36,235 bases of DNA from the IMG/VR virus record IMGVR_UViG_3300033405_000010; one strand, given 5' to 3'. The DNA is from an uncultured virus (IMG/VR IMGVR_UViG_3300033405_000010) (taxonomy: Duplodnaviria; Heunggongvirae; Uroviricota; Caudoviricetes). The notes under the pieces are model-generated. The model was given only the letters and a program-made list of their open reading frames with translations, searched no databases and had not been told where the DNA came from. Shown here piece by piece: positions 8,845-15,645 of the stretch. How positions within the stretch are numbered: position 1 is the stretch's first letter; every line of letters begins with the position of its first letter. The position numbers and the translations under genes were made by a program.

Positions 8845-8917
8845 TGGGCCCGCGGGGATTCGAACCCCGACCTCGCAGGTTAAGGGCCTGGTGCGCTACC
8901 GTTGACGCCACGGGCCC
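8845..8917 (-). tRNA. trnK: tRNA-Lys(CTT), C33
   Basis: GGGCCCG/CGGGCCC; CAGG-CC CTT AA-CCTG; T-loop TTCGAAT. Confidence 0.88.
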
Positions 8918-8950
8918 ATTTCACCTCTGAAGTGGATGAGCGCCGCTGGG

Positions 8951-8960
8951 ATTTAATACT
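8951..8960. promoter_or_regulatory. TATA-like element between divergent tRNA clusters
   Basis: ATTTAATACT, an AT island in GC-rich DNA, about 35 nt from the tRNA-Lys 5' end. Confidence 0.5.
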
Positions 8961-9070
8961 AGTCCCTGCATGGGAAACATACCATGAAGCTCACGCGCCT
9001 TCAGCCACCGCGACCCCTGTCGCGGTCTGGCCGCTCATCGCCGGGATGGCGATAGCGACTCAGGCCGCGA

Positions 9071-9155
9071 GGGCGCGTGGCACAATCCGGTAATGCGGCG
9101 GTCCCGAAAACCGCTCTTCCTCTGGAAGGTGCAGGTTCGAATCCTGCCGCGCCCG
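9071..9155 (+). tRNA. trnS: tRNA-Ser(CGA), C33
   Basis: GGGCGCG/CGCGCCC, G73; GCGGT-CC CGA AA-ACCGC; long variable arm CTTCC-TCT-GGAAG. Confidence 0.88.
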
Positions 9156-9170
9156 CTCAGCATCCGCTTC

Positions 9171-9244
9171 GGGGTCGTCGTCTAACTCGGCTAGGACATC
9201 GGTCTCCAGAACCGCGAATGGGCGTTCGAATCGCTCCGACCCCA
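9171..9244 (+). tRNA. trnW: tRNA-Trp(CCA), intronless
   Basis: GGGGTCG/CGACCCC; CGGT-CT CCA GA-ACCG. Confidence 0.88.
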
Positions 9245-9256
9245 TCCGCACCACGC

Positions 9257-9349
9257 GGGCCTTTGGTGTAACTTGGTAGCACCCGTCGCTTGGGACTGTC
9301 GGAGACAGCAAGAGACGATGAGGTCCGGGTTCAAATCCTGGGAGGCCCA
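9257..9349 (+). tRNA. trnP: tRNA-Pro(TGG) with 20-nt BHB intron at 37/38 (9295-9314)
   Basis: CGTCG/CGATG anticodon stem; central helix CTTG/CAAG flanked by 3-nt bulges GGA and AGA; inner hairpin CTGTC-GGA-GACAG. Confidence 0.9.
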
Positions 9350-9360
9350 TGCGGCGACGG

Positions 9361-9630
9361 ATGGGCGAAGACTCCTGGGACCCAACGATTCCCCGGTCGA
9401 AGGGGACAGTGCCCTTCGAAAAGGGCGCTCTGGGCGAGGTCATTCTCACAGACGGACCGCGCGTCATCATCTGCGCGAACTGCGGAATGACGATTACTGG
9501 ACCGGTCTTCCATCTCAAGCCGGAGACCTATTCGGTCGAGTACGGCGGCTGGGTCTTCTACATCGAGCGCCACATCGGAGTGGCGTGTGGCTGCGCCGCG
9601 AAGCTCGGACTGATGAGCGGCGGATTTTAA
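9361..9630 (+). CDS. small Cys-containing hypothetical protein inside the tRNA array
   Basis: Fills the gap between tRNAs; CANC...H..ACGC. Start may be 9349 or 9361. Confidence 0.6.
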   Translation: MGEDSWDPTIPRSKGTVPFEKGALGEVILTDGPRVIICANCGMTITGPVFHLKPETYSVEYGGWVFYIERHIGVACGCAAKLGLMSGGF

Positions 9631-9637
9631 TAGTAAA
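9625..9637 (+). promoter_or_regulatory. TATA-like element upstream of the second + strand tRNA cluster
   Basis: TTTTAATAGTAAA in a GC-rich context. Confidence 0.45.
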
Positions 9638-9740
9638 GCGTGTATGGGCACCGCGATGACGCGCGAGGACCGTCGGCGAAGTAGTTTGGGCCCGCTCCTC
9701 CTGCGTCGGCTACGGTAAGAACCGGGCGCCTCGGGCGTTC

Positions 9741-9828
9741 GGTGCTGTGGCGGAATCAGGTAATCGCACCTGCCTTAGAAGCAGGCGTGGGGTCAGCCCG
9801 CGTAGAGGTTCAAATCCTCTCAGCACCA
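9741..9828 (+). tRNA. trnL: tRNA-Leu(TAG)
   Basis: GGTGCTG/CAGCACC, A73; CCTGC-CT TAG AA-GCAGG; long variable arm. Confidence 0.9.
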
Positions 9829-9831
9829 CTT

Positions 9832-9909
9832 GGGCTCGTAGCGTAGCCTGGACATCGCGTCAGGTTGCGAACCTGAAGGTCGCGGGTTCAAATCCCGCCG
9901 AGCCCGCCA
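9832..9909 (+). tRNA. trnR: tRNA-Arg(GCG), encoded CCA
   Basis: GGGCTCG/CGAGCCC G CCA; TCAGG-TT GCG AA-CCTGA; the GCG anticodon is the archaeal pattern. Confidence 0.92.
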
Positions 9910-9910
9910 T

Positions 9911-9986
9911 GCGCCCGTCGCCTAACCTGGACATGGCGCCACGCTTCGAACGTGGAACGATGCGGGTTCAAATCCTGCCGGGCGCG
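9911..9986 (+). tRNA. trnR: tRNA-Arg(TCG)
   Basis: GCGCCCG/CGGGCGC; CCACG-CT TCG AA-CGTGG. Confidence 0.9.
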
Positions 9987-9995
9987 CTCCTCATC

Positions 9996-10079
9996 GGTGG
10001 GCTGGCACAGCGGCAACTGCGGGGGCCCCAAGAGCCCCTGGGCGTAGGTCCTTCGTCGGTTCGAATCCGGCGCCCACCA
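9996..10079 (+). tRNA. trnL: tRNA-Leu(CAA), C33
   Basis: GGTGGGC/GCCCACC, A73; GGGGC-CC CAA GA-GCCCC; long variable region. Confidence 0.88.
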
Positions 10080-10083
10080 CTAT

Positions 10084-10169
10084 GGAGGGATGGCCCAACC
10101 CGGTACGGCGCGGCGGTGCTAACGCCGTCTTGCGAAAGCAAGTTGGGGGTTCGAATCCCCCTCCCTCCG
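10084..10169 (+). tRNA. trnS: tRNA-Ser(GCT)
   Basis: GGAGGGA/TCCCTCC, G73; CGGCG-GT GCT AA-CGCCG; variable arm CTTGC-GAAA-GCAAG. Confidence 0.9.
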
Positions 10170-10170
10170 G

Positions 10171-10731
10171 TCACTTGCGACCGGCATATCGAAGCCCGAG
10201 GCGCGCCCGACTGCTCGCGGTGTGAGCCCCGTTGCTGGGAAGCAGGAAGGGGCGGATGATGTGCACGCGGACGCCGGGCGCGAAGCCGAGTCGGAAGTCG
10301 TGCTGCCAGAGTCGCAGGCCCAGGTCGAGGTCCTCGAACAGGACGTCCAAGCGAAATCCACCGACCGCGTCGAAGGCCGCTCGCGTGACCGCGATGAACG
10401 GCCCGATGGTGAACGGGTAGCGGAAGATGCGTGGAATCATGTTGGCCCAGTAGAGGCCAAGGATGGTGTACGGGCGCTTCGCAAAAGGCGTGAACCACTC
10501 CGCGGTCCAGTAATCCGCTCGGGATGGGTCGAGCTTCGAGAGGTCCCCGACAGCGATGGTATCCACGTCGATGAACACGAGGACGTCTCCGGTGGCCTTC
10601 TCCGCGCCCAGGTTCCGGGCGCGCGCCACACCACCGGGCGCCCGCTCGATGATGAGTTGGTCGTATCCCTTAAGGCTGGACGTATCGAAGTGCTGTCCGC
10701 GGCGCGCGGGCACGACCACACTGACCGTCAC
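10171..10731 (-). CDS. GT2 family glycosyltransferase
   Basis: VSVVVPA...GVARARNLGAEKATGDVLVFIDVD...FDAVGGF...FEDLDLGLR; GTG start overlaps the upstream TGA. Confidence 0.85.
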   Translation of the reverse strand: MTVSVVVPARRGQHFDTSSLKGYDQLIIERAPGGVARARNLGAEKATGDVLVFIDVDTIAVGDLSKLDPSRADYWTAEWFTPFAKRPYTILGLYWANMIPRIFRYPFTIGPFIAVTRAAFDAVGGFRLDVLFEDLDLGLRLWQHDFRLGFAPGVRVHIIRPFLLPSNGAHTASSRARLGLRYAGRK

Positions 10732-11267
10732 TTCCGTATCTCCGCCAGTTTGGTCTCGTGGACGATGTTCCAGCGATACCCCGATGCGATGAGCGCGTTG
10801 AGAACGGGAAGGCGCTCGCCCCAGTTGAAATCGTCCACAACGAGCCACCCGCCGGGCTTCAGCACGCGGTAGCCCTCCAGGATGTCGAAGAGGACGTTCA
10901 GGTACTCGTGCGAGCCGTCGATGAAGACCAATCGAAAGCGGTCGTCATCCAGGTACGGGAAGGCGTCCTTCGACTTCTTCCGCAGGACCGTGGTCTGCTC
11001 GAACCGTCCCAGGGACCGCAGGTTGGCCTCGAACGTCTCGTACGTGTTCCGCTCGGGCAGGTCCTCGCCGCCCAGGAACGGGTCGATGCACGTCACCTCT
11101 GCCCCGTCCTCGGTCAGGATGGCGGTCGAAAGCCCGCAGAAGGAGCCCACCTCCAGGATGGGCCCGCCCATCGGTCGCGTCTCCGCGCACCGCCTTCGCA
11201 GGTGAAGGAGGTCCTGGTCAAACATCCACCCCTCGATGGAGGGGTAGATGGCATGGGCGGTTCCCAT
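10728..11267 (-). CDS. class I SAM-dependent methyltransferase (Methyltransf_24-like)
   Basis: ILEVGSFCGLST, CIDPF, LVFIDGSHEY, LKPGGWLVVDD. Confidence 0.88.
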   Translation of the reverse strand: MGTAHAIYPSIEGWMFDQDLLHLRRRCAETRPMGGPILEVGSFCGLSTAILTEDGAEVTCIDPFLGGEDLPERNTYETFEANLRSLGRFEQTTVLRKKSKDAFPYLDDDRFRLVFIDGSHEYLNVLFDILEGYRVLKPGGWLVVDDFNWGERLPVLNALIASGYRWNIVHETKLAEIRK

Positions 11268-11268
11268 G

Positions 11269-11592
11269 TTACTTCCGCAGCCGCAGGTCGAGTTTCGGGT
11301 CCCCGCAGACCGCGTTCATCGGCGTATTGTCCGGCAGCCAGACGAACTCGGTCAGGTTGTAGTACGACTTGCAGGGAGCGCAGAACGTGCCGGTGTAGAA
11401 CCTCGGCGAGGTGGCGTACGTCAGGACGATGTTGGGGTCGTTGATGGAGGTCGTCTTTCCGCAGGCCAGGTGCCGATAGGTGTCGCGGAGCGGCTGGACC
11501 CGTTTCTTCCCGATTTGCACCGGGTGCCGCTCGTACTGACCGCTCGCCGAATCCCGCTCTCCGTAATCGAACACCTGCGCTCCTTGACTCAT
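11269..11592 (-). CDS. small zinc-binding hypothetical protein
   Basis: YRHLACG...TFCAPC; coupled to neighbours. Confidence 0.7.
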   Translation of the reverse strand: MSQGAQVFDYGERDSASGQYERHPVQIGKKRVQPLRDTYRHLACGKTTSINDPNIVLTYATSPRFYTGTFCAPCKSYYNLTEFVWLPDNTPMNAVCGDPKLDLRLRK

Positions 11593-12335
11593 GTCGGCAC
11601 CACCCGAATGGGTTCGCCAGGCCGCCGTCGGACGACGACGGGCTTCGCCGCGCCCGGGCCCGCCATAGCCGCGAGCGAATAGCAGGGGCAGTAGACCCCG
11701 TCCACCCGAATCGGGATGTGCGGATTGTCGGGGTGGCGCGGATGGTTATGCTGCGCCTGGGGGTAGTGGATGTGCGCGGTCAGCCCGAAGAAGTTGGCCT
11801 TGCGAGCAATCCAATCGTCGAGGATGTTCCAGGGGATTTCGTCCCGCGGAGGAGGAATCCTCTCGCGCATGGCCGGTCCCATCTTCGTGCATCCCAGGCC
11901 GACGAGGTCCGCGTGCTCCAACTGCGCCTCCGGAAAGCTGTAGCCCTTCGTGGCGAACTCGTCCTTCGTCCGGTACGAATGTAACGGCATCTCATGCTCC
12001 ATGCAGATGGACGCCACCGCCTTGTCGCCCATGTGGACGACTTCGAGGTCGCAGAGGTGCAGGACGTAGTCGACCGCGCACCAGCACTCGGTGCAACGGA
12101 CCATCTCCTCCATCTGCCCAGGCCCTGGGACGATGTCGCCTTCCAGGACCATGAGGTCCCCATCGCAGGACCAGAGCCGGTTCAGTTCCCGCGCGTAATC
12201 GCCGGGGTCCTCGACCCGTCCTTCGAGCACGACGACCTCCCAGTCCTTCGGGACCGTCTTCAGGTACTCGCGCGACTGCTGCTGCTGCTTCTCGAACTCT
12301 TCGCCGTACCTGCACGCGAAGAGGAGCGTCGTCAC
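11589..12335 (-). CDS. GT-A fold glycosyltransferase-like protein
   Basis: GTGA overlap with the tfb stop; DLMVLEGDIVP (ExD), GLGCTK, late HxH. Confidence 0.6.
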   Translation of the reverse strand: MTTLLFACRYGEEFEKQQQQSREYLKTVPKDWEVVVLEGRVEDPGDYARELNRLWSCDGDLMVLEGDIVPGPGQMEEMVRCTECWCAVDYVLHLCDLEVVHMGDKAVASICMEHEMPLHSYRTKDEFATKGYSFPEAQLEHADLVGLGCTKMGPAMRERIPPPRDEIPWNILDDWIARKANFFGLTAHIHYPQAQHNHPRHPDNPHIPIRVDGVYCPCYSLAAMAGPGAAKPVVVRRRPGEPIRVVPT

Positions 12336-13375
12336 ATCTCGCCGACCAGGGCCGCCCACTGCGGGCAGAATGTAGTGTGCCCTGGGGCGGAGAATCGACC
12401 GTGCAGTGTGGCGGGCGCGTCGGGGTCGATGCCGTTCGCTTTCGCAATCTTGTGGTAGTGGTTTCGGATGGTCACTGCCGTGACGCCGCAAGCCCGTGCC
12501 AGGGTCTCCTGATTAACGCCGATGCCCGTGAGGTTCCGCTGTCGCGCGGCCATGTAGACCGCTCCCCCCGCGACACCCTGGGGCATGTACGGACCTTCAA
12601 GCGGACCGCTGACGTAGCCTGCCGCCTCCCGCGCGACGGCGGTGGGCAGCGAGAACTCGTTGACGAGGTGAGCGATGATTTCGGGAGCCGAGTGCTGGAC
12701 GGGCATGAAGCCCATGTCTCGCTCCATCATGTTCATCGCCTTCAGCGCGGTGAACCGAGAGCGCAGGCCGAAGGCGTGGATGATTCGGCTCGTGCTGATG
12801 AAAAGGTGGTCGCGGCGAGAGATGTAGATGATGACCGCCGCCATCGTGACCTCGACCCTGGGGAGGACGCGGCGCGACTTGCACTCGCGCCACAGGACGA
12901 GGAGCTTGAGCGCCTCGTCGGCCGACCGCGGGGGTAAGCCGAGTTCGAGCGCGACCGACCGGACCTGGTGGGCTCCCGCGAGGAACCGCGAGCGATGCCC
13001 CAGGTCGTGCCGGTCGGCGGCGGCGACTCGGCGCCACTGACGCTTCACCCTCTCGGAGCCCTGTACGCCCTGCCATCCGATGGGGCGATGCGAGGAGAGC
13101 GACCGGAAGCTCGGCGTCGCTGGCCCGTGCGAGAGACCGCTCCCGTGTCGAGCGCCCATCACGTCGTACGTGTTGATGCCGCGCATGTCAACCGGGGAGG
13201 AGTCCAGGACGAGACCGCACTCCGTGCAAATCCGCTCCGACGTGTGCACGTCGGTCACCTGAGACGGGTGCGTACAAGCGGCAGACAAAGTGCCCGCGTT
13301 TGTCATCGAAAGCGTCGTCCCGGTGGCGAAGATGTCTGACGACGAGGTATAGGTCCGAACGGATTTGGCCCCCAT
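12332..13375 (-). CDS. tfb: transcription initiation factor IIB (TFB) homolog, divergent
   Basis: Zn ribbon CTHP...ERICTECGLVL; two cyclin repeats; C-terminal PQGVAGGAVYMAA...QETLARACGVTAVTIRNHY helix-turn-helix. Confidence 0.88.
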   Translation of the reverse strand: MGAKSVRTYTSSSDIFATGTTLSMTNAGTLSAACTHPSQVTDVHTSERICTECGLVLDSSPVDMRGINTYDVMGARHGSGLSHGPATPSFRSLSSHRPIGWQGVQGSERVKRQWRRVAAADRHDLGHRSRFLAGAHQVRSVALELGLPPRSADEALKLLVLWRECKSRRVLPRVEVTMAAVIIYISRRDHLFISTSRIIHAFGLRSRFTALKAMNMMERDMGFMPVQHSAPEIIAHLVNEFSLPTAVAREAAGYVSGPLEGPYMPQGVAGGAVYMAARQRNLTGIGVNQETLARACGVTAVTIRNHYHKIAKANGIDPDAPATLHGRFSAPGHTTFCPQWAALVGEM

Positions 13376-13401
13376 TCGGAGTTGCCGGACGTCATCGGGT
13401 C

Positions 13402-13410
13402 TACTTAAAC
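13402..13410 (-). promoter_or_regulatory. TATA box for the tfb operon
   Basis: GTTTAAGTA about 30 nt upstream of ATG 13375. Confidence 0.55.
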
Positions 13411-13419
13411 GCTGCGTGA

Positions 13420-13441
13420 GGGAAGAAGAGGGGGGAAAGGG
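13420..13441 (-). terminator. polypyrimidine tract, possible archaeal-type terminator
   Basis: CCCTTTCCCCCCTCTTCTTCCC just downstream of the 13470 stop. Confidence 0.3.
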
Positions 13442-13469
13442 TTAGTCCAGAGCGTGCCGCACGGCCCGT

Positions 13470-14024
13470 TCAGGCCGACTTCTTCGCCGCCGACGAGACG
13501 TGGAAGTACGACACGATGATTGCGATGATGGTCGCAATCACTGCGGACAGAGTCGCGCCAGTGTTGTTCGAGTACCACGTCAGGAACGTGACGGCCACGC
13601 CGATGAAGGTCGTGACGTACGTCTCCGCGTAGACTGGCAGGTTCTCGCCCGCGTCCTCCGCGACGTCGGTGGAGATGGTCGACAGCACCACGATGAGCCA
13701 CGCGATGAAGGCGGTCGTCGTGATGTCCCCGTTGCCGGTGAAGTAGCCAATCGCTCCCACTGCCGCGCCGGCAGCGGTCGTGATGACGTACGCCAGCCAC
13801 GTTGGGATACCGTTCGGCGTGTGCGCGGTCGAGTAGTCGTGCGAGAGGGTTGCGAAGAACGCAATCGCAATCGCGCTCAGCCCGTCCGCTCCGTAGCTGG
13901 CCGGCAGAATCTTGGCGACGTAGGCGAGGGCAACGTCACCGATGACCAGGAACAGGTATGCCCAGTAGAGTTGCGTGCTCGTCAGGGTGATGCTGAAGGT
14001 CTTGTTGTTCGATGCCATGTACAT
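13470..14024 (-). CDS. polytopic membrane protein (about 6 TM, three helical-hairpin units); possibly holin-like
   Basis: Repeated hydrophobic hairpins, basic C-terminus (AAKKSA), M-Y-M start. Confidence 0.75.
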   Translation of the reverse strand: MYMASNNKTFSITLTSTQLYWAYLFLVIGDVALAYVAKILPASYGADGLSAIAIAFFATLSHDYSTAHTPNGIPTWLAYVITTAAGAAVGAIGYFTGNGDITTTAFIAWLIVVLSTISTDVAEDAGENLPVYAETYVTTFIGVAVTFLTWYSNNTGATLSAVIATIIAIIVSYFHVSSAAKKSA

Positions 14025-14096
14025 CGCCCCCTACCCGCCGGACCAATCGTTCGGGGCCCGGAGGCAGGCCGCGGGGTTTCTTCGACCTGACAACAC

Positions 14097-14122
14097 AACC
14101 CGGCTGAGGCTATTTGAGCCCT
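14097..14122 (-). promoter_or_regulatory. conserved 26-bp putative late promoter, copy 2
   Basis: AGGGCTCAAATA-GCCTCA-GCCGGGTT. Confidence 0.7.
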
Positions 14123-14131
14123 AGGTTGGGC

Positions 14132-14782
14132 CTATTTCCCGGGCTTCCGGGACTTGACGAAGAACGAGGTGGGCGCCGTAAAGGCGCTCCCGTTGCAAGC
14201 GTTGAACTGGACCGCGTTGCCGTTGGCGTCGTAGACCGCGTAGGAGGAACCCTGTGGCAGGCATACCGTCGCGCTCGCGTTCGTGACCGCGGAGGACCAG
14301 GTCGTGTCGACGGCCGGGGTTGTCGTGATGGTGATGGTCCCCGTCGTGTTCGGCTGGGTTGTGATGATGATTGGAATCGTCCCCGTGCCCGGTGTGAATG
14401 GGCCGGGCCAGTTCGGAGCGGACGGCGGCACGGGCGGGGACGGGAACACCGGCAGTTCGGGAACGCGCTCGATGGGGTCGGGGAGGACCGACAGCCCATC
14501 CCTCTCGCGTTCCTTGGCGATAACCTCCATGTCCTCCCAGTCGAATCCGAGGTACTCGGCCAGGACGCGAAGCATCGACAGTGCGTGGTCCAGCGCCTCG
14601 ACGAGGGGACCCTTCTGACCGCAGCGGTCGAGAAACCGACGGACCGCGTTGCTGAGTTCGATTCCCTCGCCATCCCGCTGAGCGCGGGATAGGGTCGCCT
14701 TCAGTTCGTTGAACAGGTCGGCGATGACTGCGGGCGCTTCTTCATCCAGGCTCTTGACCTCGGGGAGGTCCGCCGCGCGCAC
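14132..14782 (-). CDS. hypothetical protein (helical N-terminus, Pro/Thr-rich C-terminus)
   Basis: 216-aa ORF; CTAAATAG TATA-like element about 22 nt upstream of the GTG. Confidence 0.65.
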   Translation of the reverse strand: MRAADLPEVKSLDEEAPAVIADLFNELKATLSRAQRDGEGIELSNAVRRFLDRCGQKGPLVEALDHALSMLRVLAEYLGFDWEDMEVIAKERERDGLSVLPDPIERVPELPVFPSPPVPPSAPNWPGPFTPGTGTIPIIITTQPNTTGTITITTTPAVDTTWSSAVTNASATVCLPQGSSYAVYDANGNAVQFNACNGSAFTAPTSFFVKSRKPGK

Positions 14783-14903
14783 GAGCCGAGGATAGCTTCG
14801 CGCTATTTAGACGTGCCTTCTCGGCCATCGCTTCCCCGCAGACCCCATCGCAGCCCGGAACCTGCCAGCACTCGCAGAAGAGGCCGGGGAGGCAGTCACA
14901 CAT
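14742..14903 (-). CDS. possible 53-aa Cys-rich peptide (MCDCLPGLFCECWQVPGCDGVCG...)
   Basis: ATG overlaps the phosphatase stop; six Cys in 22 aa; but it overlaps the next gene by about 40 nt. Confidence 0.3.
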   Translation of the reverse strand: MCDCLPGLFCECWQVPGCDGVCGEAMAEKARLNSAKLSSARARGGPPRGQEPG

Positions 14904-15273
14904 GGGAATCCGCGAACCAGACCGACCGGTCCTGCACCTGTGGTCGCCGCGACCGGAGTAGGCTGTAGGCGGCCTCCCATGTCATCCCGTGGCGGGTCAC
15001 GAGGATGTAAGCCACCACGAGCGGGGACCGCTCGATGCCCGCCCCGCAGTGAAAGAGCACCGGACCGAGCCCGTGGTGTCGGTCGTATAGCCCGGCGGCC
15101 TTATCCAGGGCCGTACGGGCCGCCCGGAGCTGTCCATCGACCACGGAGAGGATGGGAACCCATTCGCAGCCTGGGTGGCCGCACGGGGCCTCCAGCACGC
15201 ATACCTTCGCTCCGGGCCATATGGCCCCGTCAGCCATGTCCCCAACATGCAGGTCCGGTAGGATTTCGGTCAA
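14896..15273 (-). CDS. dual-specificity (CX5R) phosphatase
   Basis: LHVG...VLFHCGAGIERSPLVVAYILV...A...RSRRP. Confidence 0.88.
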   Translation of the reverse strand: MTEILPDLHVGDMADGAIWPGAKVCVLEAPCGHPGCEWVPILSVVDGQLRAARTALDKAAGLYDRHHGLGPVLFHCGAGIERSPLVVAYILVTRHGMTWEAAYSLLRSRRPQVQDRSVWFADSHV

Positions 15274-15295
15274 TCCGGGCTCACCAACCGCCCTA

Positions 15296-15374
15296 AGCCG
15301 GGGGCGGGATTTGAACCCGCCTTCCCCGCGGGCTCGGGCGCCCTCCCCCGCGATTCATGGGCCCTCCCCCCGGC
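15296..15374 (-). ncRNA. tRNA-like RNA (acceptor stem and T arm intact, no canonical D or anticodon loop)
   Basis: GCCGGGG/CCCCGGC T; GCGGG-TTCAAAT-CCCGC; internal CGCGGG/CCCGCG stem. Confidence 0.55.
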
Positions 15375-15377
15375 GTT

Positions 15378-15495
15378 GTCCGTCCATGTCTCGGCCGGCG
15401 CCTACGGGGAGTCTGGTCCGGTACCAGCGCCTTGGGAACTCCCCTCACCCCCGGAAGGGCTTTGGTTAACCTGACCGGCATACGAGCGGGCGGAC
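15378..15495 (-). ncRNA. multi-stem structured RNA, unknown class
   Basis: Nested stems GTCCG/CGGAC, CTCG/CGAG, GCCGGT/GCCGGC, GGGGAGT/ACTCCCC, CTGGT/ACCAG. Confidence 0.45.
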
Positions 15496-15505
15496 CCTGA
15501 TTGGG

Positions 15506-15640
15506 CGCCGGGGAGCGGATTTGAACCGCTGACCCCTCCGATTGCTTGGGTCCTAGGCCCCAAGTTGCCGAGTACTGCGGCCTAATGGCCGTCTCCGCGG
15601 CGCCTTTCAGAGGTGCTCTGCCAAGCTGAGCTACCCCGGC
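15506..15640 (-). ncRNA. tRNA-like RNA with a 65-nt structured insert replacing the anticodon loop
   Basis: Perfect acceptor (GCCGGGG/CCCCGGC G), D arm (GCTC-AGCTTGGCA-GAGC) and T arm (AGCGG-TTCAAAT-CCGCT); a 7-bp stem CCTCTGA/TCGGAGG closes two hairpins. Confidence 0.7.
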
Positions 15641-15645
15641 ATCCA

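Noticed and set aside
9681..9731. HDV-like (theta) ribozyme next to tRNAs (CGC-TCCTCCT-GCG loop, GTAGTT/GGCTAC, GG)
   Set aside because: No convincing P2 or J4/2 with a catalytic C, extra bases between P3 and P1, and it lies 5' rather than 3' of a tRNA.
8339..10259. ORFs overlapping the tRNA clusters (e.g. 9747-10259, 9060-9518, 8624-8905)
   Set aside because: They are translations of tRNA sequence; only 9361-9630 occupies a tRNA-free gap.
15378..15495. SRP RNA (CCCGGAAGGG on + strand), twister ribozyme or 5S rRNA
   Set aside because: The SRP54-binding internal loop is absent and the order of twister or 5S conserved elements does not fit.
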